Assembly (NCBI GenBank): GCA_030141605.1
Contig: JAQGDQ010000013.1
Location: 448,447 to 512,446, forward strand
Direction: 5' to 3'
Length of the DNA stretch: 64,000 bases
Source: Tubiluchus corallicola
Lineage: Eukaryota; Animalia; Priapulida
The notes beneath the pieces were generated by a model that saw nothing but the letters and a program-made list of their open reading frames with translations, searched no databases and was not told where the DNA came from. Both the position numbers and the translations under genes were made by a program. How positions within the stretch are numbered: the stretch's first letter is position 1; each line of letters opens with the position of its first letter. Shown piece by piece: positions 53,477-64,000 of this stretch.

Positions 53477-54210
53477 TTAAATGCTTTGAGTTCACAGACT
53501 GCTTTTTTCATTTAGAAAAACGCCAGAAAAATTGCATTACTAGTAATTATTGCAAAGGCGTATTTGTAGTATTTAGAAAGTTAGAAAAATCGGTTATATT
53601 TTTTGTAACCGCTGTGAGTCCTCATGTCTGAGTGCAGTAGTTATCCGCTAGCTCTTTAAACACATAAAAACAAAAACAAAGATTCCCGCTTTTACCACTT
53701 TTCACCATGTAGGCAATTATTGCTTATTTTGAGCGCTGTCTCAGAGTTTATTAAATTATCAGAGAATATTTTAAAAACTTGATTCCTAGTTGTTTACGGA
53801 TAATTAATGGCTGTCCCGCCTCTTCCGATGCGACGTGCGGCATGGCGGTTGGTGAATGTGTGACGCTCTGTCCTCCCCCTAGTGTGACTCAGTTTGCTAA
53901 TTGAATATTAATGGTGTCATCTCTCCTCCTCCTGTTCATTGAAAGCGGGCGTCTCATCTCGTGCCGGGAGTTTTCACTTCTCCCGCATGGTAATGAGTTG
54001 TTAAATATTATTTTTACGTTTGCCGGAAAATCTAAATAATACGCTCCTGTTTCCCAGGCTTCCTCGCCAATTAACTGCTTTGTGGTGGAAATTTATTCTG
54101 AAAAAATAAAGCCGTTTCACATGTCATGATGATAGATGCGACAGTTCTTTTCTCTGTCTTATCTTTTATCATTTTCTCACAGTCAAAACCATTGTCTTAG
54201 TTTGTTAACT

Positions 54211-55017
54211 TTTCTCCTGATCATAGAGAAGTACTTAGTAAAGTATTCCTATGTACAATATTGCGTGATCTCTCCTGATGATAGAGAGTACTTAGTTTGT
54301 GTAATCTCTCCTGATCATAGAGAGTACTTAGTAAAGTATTCCTATGTACAATATTGCGTGATCTCTCCTGATGATAGAGAGTACTTAGTTTGTGTAATCT
54401 CTCCTGTTCATAGAGAGTACTTAGTAAAGTATTCCTATGTACAATATTGCGTGATCTCTCCTGATGATAGAGAGTACTTAGTTTGTGTAATCTCTCCTGA
54501 TGATAGAGAGTACTTAGTAAAGTATTCCTATGTACAATATTGCGTGATCTCTCCTGATTATAGAGAATACTTAGTAAAGTATTCCTATGTACAATATTGC
54601 GTGATCTCTCCTGATGATAGAGAGTACTTAGTTTGTGTGATCTCTCGTGATGATAGAGAGTACTTAGTAAAGTATTCCTATGTACAATATTGCGTGATCT
54701 CTCCTTATGATAGAGAGTACTTAGTAAAGTATTCCTGTGTACAATATTGTGTAATCTCTCCTGATGATAGAGAGTACTTAGTTTGTGTAATCTCTCCTGA
54801 TGATAGAGACTTAGTAAAGTATTCTTATGTACAATATTGTGTGATCTCTCCTGATGATAGAGAGTACTTAGTGAAGTATTCCTATGTACAATATTGCGTG
54901 ATCTCTCCTGATGATAGAGAGTACTTAGTAAAGTATTCCTATGTACAATATTGTGTGATCTCTCCTGATGATAGAGAGTACTTAGTAAAGTATTCCTATG
55001 TACAATATTGCGTGATA
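54211..55017. repeat. Composite minisatellite of 57-bp and 36-bp units
   Basis: The long unit atctctcctgatgatagagagtacttagtaaagtattcctatgtacaatattgcgtg alternates with the short unit atctctcctgatgatagagagtacttagtttgtgta, then long units only toward the 3' end. Confidence 0.97.
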
Positions 55018-58000
55018 TAATATAAATGCTTTAACTTCACAAACACAGATCCACATTAGTACAGTTAACGAACAGTTGACTTTCGCAAACAACGTACACG
55101 GGAACACGCCCATACAAATACAAGACTCTTTAAGCCGAATTGATAAAATTTGTAGTAATTTATAACAGGCACGATTACATGCATATCATGGTGTCGGTTA
55201 AATGGTATACATTAATTCTTAAGAAAATTAATCCGCGCTTCTTAATTTAGAATCGCGTATTGCTGAAATTTTATGGTCATTGTTAATTAAGAATTTCTTA
55301 ACTTTCACATTTCCACTTTTGTTTAAACATAAACTGATTGATATCACAAATGGGTGGAATTCCGGGAAAATATCTAATATTTGGCTTAAGAACGCATTTG
55401 TTTCTTGGCAGTAAACATTGCGGTGTATACTAAAACGAAATTCGCCTTCTGCGCCATTTTCTGTAGGTATAATTAATCACAGCCCTTGTATAGCGTGCGT
55501 TCAAGATTAGGTTTTTATAAATTGCTGTACATTGAGAAGGTTATGTCAGCATTGCAGACATGTTCATACTGCCAGGTGTATGAGGCATGGCGTCTCACGA
55601 CTATCGTCTTGCAATCCTCGTGTGTTTTGACCTTCTGCCAGACTTTTCTCCACGTGTTCTCTTGTTTACTGTGTCCACTCGTCGTAGATCTTTCACTTTG
55701 TCAAAATTTTATAACTTTTTTTTAACGCAGCTGCAGCTGTACGCTTGGTTTTTTATGCAACCTGCATTAGTTTACGACAAACGATGGCCTTTTTAGGTAG
55801 GTTTAAGAAAACGCTTTTTGAGGTAGTAAAATAATTACAAACGTGCGCTAGCAATCATTATTGGATGTAAGTTCAGCTTCGATTCCTCGAAGTGTTTAGA
55901 CAGAAACTGCTAGTCGTCTTTTCCAAATTTCATTAACAAGTTGCTGCGTTTACATTTACTCGTTTATTAATATCAAAAGATATAATCTGTTAATAACTAT
56001 AACAGATTTAAAACACCACAACTTTAGTGAAACGTTTCGACAGAGCTACTGCTGTCATCTCGCGTAGCTGTCATCTCATGTCGAAATGTTTGACATGATT
56101 TTTTAACTACGTATGTAAATTAAAAGTTTTAATAAAGTTGTGACGTTTTAACGTGCCTGTAATAAAAAACCCGTGAATAATATTCATAAGTTGTGCTTCG
56201 TGAATTTAACGTAACATTCTATTGCGTAAGATTATATGAGCTCCATTTGTTTTTGCGTTGCCATCTGACCCGCATTATGTTTTCGCTCAGTTTCCCAGTC
56301 TCTGAGCGGCGGGGTCACCAGCGTTTGAACATGACACCACTACAGTTTAGAATCAAATTGGAGGCTTGTCAATACTGTACGAACTGTGTTGTTTTTCTAG
56401 ACACGGTTAGCAAATAAACATATCAATCCGCGGACTAGGGTTGCAAACATTGTGCAAAATCTTATTTGGTCACTGGCGTTGTTTGGTCGGTCAAATATCG
56501 ATGCAAGCGTATTTTTATGAGTTTTATTATATGGAATAATAAAGTAAATAAAGTAAAAATGACTTTTGGGGTTTCATTTGTATTGTGTACTGTCTTTTTC
56601 AGTAAATTGCTAATGAAATCGTGTTACCTGTAAGTAACCAGTAGCGGCTGGTTTGAACCTAATTTTGTATAACCTTGCATTTGCCGTTGTGGAAAAGCCG
56701 TTATTTGACTAACTAAAACGCAACTATTTTTTCATTCTGTTTTTCAATGTTCTATGACTGCTTTTTGATTAAATTACTAAAAGCTATATAATCGTTATGC
56801 TACATGTCGCAACGCTACACGTAAAACGAATTACACACGTTAGAAAACAGTAATTTCGAAAAAATACCCATTAAAGTTTTTTTTAACCATTTCAGTCTTT
56901 TCGTTCACCCTTGTATTGTACAGATTAGATATTTCCCTGAACTCAGCGTACGTGATCTGTAAACTTATACAGGTTGCTGTTTTCGCGTTTTTCTGAAATT
57001 AATTGCTAGGCAGTTGCATCGTCTTACAGGTCTTTGGTTGAACTTATAAGATGGCGGACAGGTTTTCAGCAAATAGCTAGACTAGGCAAACTCAATTTCC
57101 GAAACTGCTCATGCATTAAAGGCAGTATTTATTTAACATTTACTTGTTGAATTTGACTGGGCCTGTGTTCTCTTGTAAAATGAGTTATGAACAATCGAAC
57201 AACCTTGGTTGAACATAACTCTGTTTTAGGACAGCTATGCAGGACTATAACAAGTAGGAATTCCAATATTTCATCCGTAAACACAGACTGAATCGTAGTC
57301 ATAAATCTACATTGTGCATATTATGGCGTATGTCTATTCTCGTGACTTAAGGGCGGTTCACACTAGTGCGTGCGTGTGACGTCTGCACAATCTAAACATT
57401 GTACTTGTAGAAAACACGCGCGGCACTGCGTGGCATTTATAGCGCGTTTACGGGCACTGCGTACAACCCTTGCCTAGGGCTTTTTCTAGTGAATAAAACC
57501 ATTAAATTATCGAACAGAAAGGGAGTGGTGTATTGAACGTGCTGGCACATATCAGCTTGGTTGGCAACTGTTCGCAGAAAATGTTAGAAATCATCTTGAA
57601 TTAGACAAACATAAGTAAGAAATATTGCTAACTAAAAATACTAGAAAATGTAGAAAACTACTTATTTTTCATTCATTTTTCCAAATCTTATCATTACGGT
57701 ATTCGCATGTTAGGCGTATTACTGTAAATATGTTTATAATTCTATAGTCTATAGCATTCAGTAGCTACAGTCATGACATTTTAAATGAAAATTGTGTCGG
57801 GTGACGTTTTTGTTACGTCTTCAATACGTCTTTTTTTGGGTTTACAAAGATTTTGGGACAGGTTTATTTCCGTAGTCGAGTCGTACATCTTTGTTATTGT
57901 CAACAGTAATGTAGTTTGTCCCACTTTAGTTTTCTTTGTTGTCATGGGCGGGTGTCTTGTACGTGCCTAAACTTCTACTGATAGCTGTACATTAAACCCA

Positions 58001-61000
58001 TTACATTTCATTTCACATACTAGCAGCAAAACTTTGGGACCTTTATGTGATCTACACATCATATTAAAATTATACTATTAGATAATCATTATTAGAAAAG
58101 TTAAACATTGTTCATTTATCTACATGAAGACAAGAATTGAGACTATAGTTGTTCCGGTGAGAGCTTTCTTCAGATCGCAGCCCACCCCCTCGTTTTGCTC
58201 CTCCCATGTGCAGATCCTCCTGCTTGATAATATTCCCAATCCTAATTTACCTTTAAAATGTGTCTGGAAAACCTTCATTTACCACTTTACTAGTTTTATT
58301 TGAATTACGTGGTTTTTGCACTCCGGAACTGATTCAATGACATGCCGATTATTAATCAAAGAAATAGCGATCCGACAGGTAGTGCGAGGTCCTGTCCTGG
58401 ACTAATAGACATCGAGAAGGTCCTGTCCTGGCAAAGAGCGAGAACGTTCTGTTGTGAGCTTCCAGATAGTGAGAAGGTTTCGTCTGGGCTAGTAGACACT
58501 GGGAATGTGTTCTTTCCTGGTAGACATTATGAAGATTTTCTGCTTCGGGATCGTATACATCAAGAAGGTCGTGTCTTGTCTTAAATAGCAAACTATAAAT
58601 TTTCTGTAATTTATTCAGTTTGAGATGTAAATATGGTTATTCTAATGTGTGAGACTGAAATTAAAACGAAGTCGTGACCAGCGGAAAGAGTTTGCCATGT
58701 TTACAACATTGATTTTTGCAGACAGATTTTTTCTGACGTTTTCTCACTGGATGACGGATGTTTGCCATTAATTCAGTCTTGTTTCCTAGTAGAATGCTGT
58801 GAGCTGAAGTACCTGCATGTGGTCCTCGTACTTGGTTAAACAAAGCATGTGGGCAGTGAGAAAAAACGCGTTGGTGTAAAGTTTCGCGCACGTGTTCGCC
58901 ATGGCGACGTCGTCTTTAACTACTGCAGTAGAAAGATGTGGTATCACTTCTCCCGCTGGGACTGTTTTCCACTGAAATTACATACAATCTTCCCTAGAAT
59001 TCCAGGGAAAAGCGTTTGAAATCAAAGATTCCTATAAGCGCATCAATACTGCCGGCAAAGGGATCGTCTGATTTGGAGAGCATTGGTTGTTAGTAAAACT
59101 TGTGGAATGTTTTCCATTTGGGAAAATCTCGTATGCAGTCATTTGGAGAACTTGTTCAAATTTGACATCTCATTAATGTTCTCACAAACAAACTTTCTCG
59201 TGTTTGAAAGCAGGCAATTCCCAAACATAGAAATCCTGATTTATGTAATTGCTAGTAATCTAAGCTTCAACTAGTGTTGTTGGTAAATGGTAACTACGAA
59301 AGTAAGGCTAGCATAAACAAACAATTACAGGATTTCTGATGTTGATGAACTTATTTCTTGTATCATAAGTGCTGTCATGTCTGTGTTAAGCTTATGATAA
59401 GCTGCATTATTGCTGTAGACTTATTCTGGCCATGCACCCAAAAAGTCAACGATCAGGCGCAATGTAAACAGTCAAGCATTTTAGGTTTTCATTTTTCGGT
59501 TGCTAGGTTTGCGGTGAGATCTCTCTTCACATATTGTCTGTCAAATTACTAGATTTGGGTTAAAATACCAATTATGAAAACGTTTCGATTTTATCTGGTT
59601 TAATTTTGTAAGAGGTCAGTGGTGGAATGGGTAATGTTTGCGCAATATAGCCCGGTTTGTGTGCTGCACGTTTGCTTATTTTAAACAGTTTATTTATGGT
59701 AACCCTAACTGGTCCTAGTCGTGTTGTGACAAGCTGTTATAAACAGAACACAGACGTTTCATTTTTCCGCAGACACTTAGTCCAAAAGTCCTGCCATTCG
59801 TTTTGTTGATCAAATGAACAGCCAGCAAAATTTAAATTCTATTATTGACAGAGTAAAATAAACAAGAAGTTGATTGTTTGTGCACTGAAATGTTCCTTGG
59901 GAACGTGATTGTTTACAGAGCCACCTATCGGGTGTTCTCTTACAGTTACCCTGGAGCAATTGGTCATTGCTGATGTTTCCCTGTCCAGAGTCCATCCTAC
60001 TGTAAATCAAAATATACAACAGCTGAAGTAATTTAGTTGTTGAATTAGCAGTTGTTAACTTGCTAAGCTGCTCATTTATCTTCTTGAACATCTCGCTTGT
60101 CTTACATAAAACCATCTTCGCGAAGAGGTGCTTGGGTCCCCTCTCCAGCTGGGCAAGCTAGATGCAAACCAGATGTAATTCTCTAGTATATTACTACGAG
60201 AAATGGTCGAACAACAATCTCTGTCCCAGATCCTATAAAGGCAAGCATCTTTGTGGAATCGAGGGCTGGTTTAACCCTTGCTGTCTGTGTGCTTAATCCG
60301 GGTAATCTGGTTGACGCTGTGGGTTTACATGCCAATATTGTTAGTATGTAACTTTATACGTATTTATGTCGTATGTAACAAATTGTAAAAACGTGAGCGA
60401 ATAGAGTAAATTTTAACATGGCATTGTAGATCAGTTGCATTATTTGAGTAGTATTTCTGTCTGTGTAGATGCAGGTTCACAGTATATAATGAATTAGAAC
60501 GTTATTCGTTAATTTGTAATAGTGAGATTTCGTATTAGATTGATTTCTCACAAAAAGCGATGTACATTCAATGATATGAAATAATAATTACAATATCACA
60601 TGCCAAAAAACTAATTGCTTACGATAAAATACTTCAATGTTTGCTGAAAGAAAATCTTGTAAACACAACATTGATAGGGAGAAAGGGTTAGGCAGGCAAA
60701 ACAAGGCAGAGTTTGAAATTAGGGTGTATATGGAGAAAAATGCGATTAGAAGTGCAGGTTAATCAAGGGAGGTTTAGTAACGTAATATGTACATTATATA
60801 CAAGAAATCTCGTGAGGTTAAATACATTACATTATTTACACGTACTTAATACATTCATTACATAATTGCTTATGGAAGTGAACATAATAGATGACAATGC
60901 CGAACACGTGACAGTTGATAAAGATATACATATAATACATATATTATATATCAACAACACAAACAAAAAATACATAAAAAGGTACGTAGTCAATAGTTAT

Positions 61001-62281
61001 ACATATACATATACATATAATACATATATTATATATAAACAACACAAACAAAAAATTACATAAAAACGTACGTAGTCAATAGTTACTGAACAAATAATTT
61101 TTCATTTCTTTCTTAAATTTGACTTGATCATTGTGCAATGATAACTATTAATAAATGGCGATTATCTAGATAATTAATACAGGAGTTTCGGTGTACACAG
61201 ATTGTGCTGCTACATTGATGACTGAACTCAAAAGATTTATTGTGACAACATTTCTATATTTAGGCACCTACTGTATCGTTGTAATTGTTACAATGCTGCA
61301 ACACTAATAATAGACTTTGTTACACACTGGCAACATTACAAAATATGAGCACTCACGCGTCAAATTATGACTCAAATCTATTGAAAGGTCAAGAAACGAA
61401 TCGCAAAAGAGCACAGCGAATACCTGTACGTATAATATACAGGTAATTGCGTAATGCTGTACATAATTTCTCACATCTTAAGACGGGCAAATTTCATTTA
61501 TAATCTATGCTGGCACGTACATAATTTCGATTTGATAGTTCATACACGACATTAGCTCTGCAATCTATATCTGCCATTAAGCACTACTCGTATCAGCAAA
61601 CTTTGTGAATGGCAGCGAATTTGAAATTAAGCATTTTCTAGACAGGTAAACGACATTGTTACACGGCTAAGCTGAGTTTCCCAGCAATTAAGCCTACGCT
61701 AGTTGTAATGCATTCAATGTTTGCGTGTCAGTTGGTGTGTAAGAGCTCGGTGAACACAAAAGCTTCTGCTCGTCAAATACTTGTAATTTCTTCTCTGTCA
61801 TAGCAGTTTTTTTGTAAATATAGTCAAAAGAATCTGCCAATGTTGCACACCTGGTTGTAGTGGGCACACACTGGACATTTGCAGCTTTTGTGTAAAACTG
61901 GGAAGAAAATTTTGCTGAATAAAAATTCATGTCTTTTCTGCTGTGTTTTGGTATTTGCAGCTGAGGAAATTAACATGTCTTTTGTGGCATTATGGGCCTG
62001 GAGGCTGGGGTATAATGTACTGTTATCTTATGTACACTAGGCAGGCGCTCACACCAGTGTATGAAATACACCTTCAGGAAACTAAAGACAAGTGTGATCG
62101 CACCTTAACTGGACTTTGCGAGCAAATTCATTGTACTTAATTGAATGTTAGCTGCATTGTGTAAATCAAGTAGTGGATTTTGCATAGAAACAGCTGAAAA
62201 TGCACGTAGACTCTGCTCTCCATCATAAGAATCATTTAAACGTTTCCAATTGAAGGGAAGCAATTTTATCATTCAGTTTAA

Positions 62282-62810
62282 AGGAAAGGCCAAGACTTTT
62301 GGAAAATTATACTTATTTCAGTTTTCGCGAAAAATTTTTGAGGGATTTAGTACTGAAACTGCAATGTAGTTAGTAAAATCACTTTGTATGTCGAGATCAC
62401 TTCCTGCTTGGACGCTTCCATTTTCAATTCCCATTCTTCTTCCAATGACGTCATTTGTCATTGCCAGTCTTCATCAAAAGGACAATAAGTTTTTACCAAA
62501 AAAAATAACTAGCTAATTTGGTAGTATTTTTTCGTGAATATATTTGAGCTGCAGCAGTTTGAATTAGTTTAAGCAGCGCCCGCTTACGGAAAACCACGAC
62601 GCGCTTACGAGAAGTCACGAAGTCTCCCAATTACGTCATGATTTTCAAGTAAATGGCGGCAACCACCAGTCCAAATTTCTATTCAGCAATAGTGTATTTT
62701 AAATTTATGCTTTATAGATAGTTTTGTGCAAGATGTTTTTATATGTATTTTGCTAATTTTAGTGATAATAGGAAAGTAAACCCAACATACTGAGTGACTT
62801 GTTCTTTCCT
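62282..62810 (-). mobile_element. Kolobok-like MITE family 1, copy 4 (inverted)
   Basis: TTAA|AGGAAAG ... CTTTCCT|TTAA; the reverse complement matches 41390-41891. Confidence 0.8.
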
Positions 62811-63093
62811 TTAAGTAATATGAACCAGGTAGCAAATTTTTCTACTCGAAGCGATCTCAAGTTTTTAAATCTCTTCAAGCTTATTTCTTTGGTTGCTTAA
62901 GTGCACCAGGATCAAAGTGGGCGTCTTTGTTTGTTTTCTTTGGTAAACTAAGAAAATATATTTCCATTATTGATGCTTTTTCAGTAGGTTTTGACAAAGC
63001 ATTAAATATGCTATTGACCGTTCTTAAACCTAAATAAATATTTAGTTTCTTATACATCATAGTTCTTATAGTTTCGTATTGTTCTTATACGTC

Positions 63094-63294
63094 AAGGACA
63101 AAAAGGGGTACCTGAAGTAGGTTTAAGAAAAAGCGCTTTAAAAATTATATTGCTTTACAGCAATTTTATGCGTATGTCGTACTAACGCTGTAAGGATTTT
63201 TTGTTTGGTTTCGTTTTAAATTTCGTGCAATACTGTTCCGACTGCGCCATTACATGAAGTCATATACGCACAACGTAAATTAGGGAAAGGAAAG
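63094..63294. mobile_element. Kolobok-like family 2 fragment
   Basis: Reverse complement of 700-891 and similar to 16151-16350. Confidence 0.6.
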
Positions 63295-64000
63295 TATTAT
63301 TGACGAATGAGTCGGTTTAATCATCAATAATGCAAATTCAAAATTGTGAGTTATTAGATTTTTGAAACAACACAAAAAAGAGATCGAACTGAGGCGGCTG
63401 ATCATCAATTTGAACTGCATGGGGATTTTCCGATTACAAGTCTAGTGCTATAAGTCCATGTATGAACCATATTATGATTAATGTAGATAGTAATATAGTC
63501 GTAGTAGGTCACCGATCACTCCAACATTTTTAACCTTGTATTAGTTTTACTCATTTTACTAAACTTGTGTGTAATCTATTTAGGATTCAGTATCTTTAGA
63601 CTATTAATTACTAATGGTAAATTCGTTTTTTTGTTGGCCAGTTCATTTTCTTCTACGAGCTTACATTCATCCTAGCTACGTAATAATCTTAACACATCTT
63701 ATTCTAATTACCAGTAAAAGTGTTTACATCACACTAATAGAACCTGTAAGAATGACTTAATTCAACAACCTGACAAATTAATTGGTCTGTTGCGATTGTA
63801 AATGTCACATTGTCACGTCAATGTCGTATCTGTGCGCAAACATTGACACACAACACTTTGTTGACTGTCATCTTCTTACACTGTTGATCAGGGAACGGTA
63901 AAAGTGTGATTTCACCTTATCATAGTGCACTTACATAGATTATATAAATATTATACCTGGGAAAGAAACGCGGATTGAACACCTGCTGCTCGTGCGCACC

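Noticed and set aside
54211-55017. CRISPR-like array or tandem hammerhead/box C/D motifs (CTGATGA in each unit)
   Set aside because: Intervening sequences are themselves repeated (no unique spacers), the context is eukaryotic with no cas genes, and no GAAA follows a stem II, so no hammerhead topology forms.
58342-58591. ORFs on both strands over a degenerate gaaggtcctgtcctgg repeat
   Set aside because: Short decayed internal repeats; no EGF cysteine pattern or usable splice sites, so not Notch exon 3.

Overview
AT-rich, intron-containing animal (invertebrate-like) genomic DNA, not prokaryotic; most ORF-track entries are spurious. Splice-aware reading finds four genes. (1) The 5' half of METTL13 (eEF1A lysine/N-terminal methyltransferase) on the minus strand, running off the left edge. 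(2, 3) Two complete tandem 8-exon carbonyl reductase (CBR1-like SDR) paralogs on the minus strand (295 and 276 aa). (4) The first two coding exons of a Notch-type receptor on the plus strand (signal peptide plus partial EGF1), followed by an intron of more than 23 kb that runs off the right edge. Introns and intergenic DNA are full of non-autonomous DNA transposons (pogo, piggyBac-like, hAT-like, Kolobok-like, Harbinger-like), LINE remnants and tandem repeats. The most interesting observation is a pair of short retroelements about 6 kb apart that share one RTE-type body and tail but have different heads: a full-length 5S rRNA-derived Pol III head (13984-14477) and a candidate HDV-like self-cleaving ribozyme (20244-20889).
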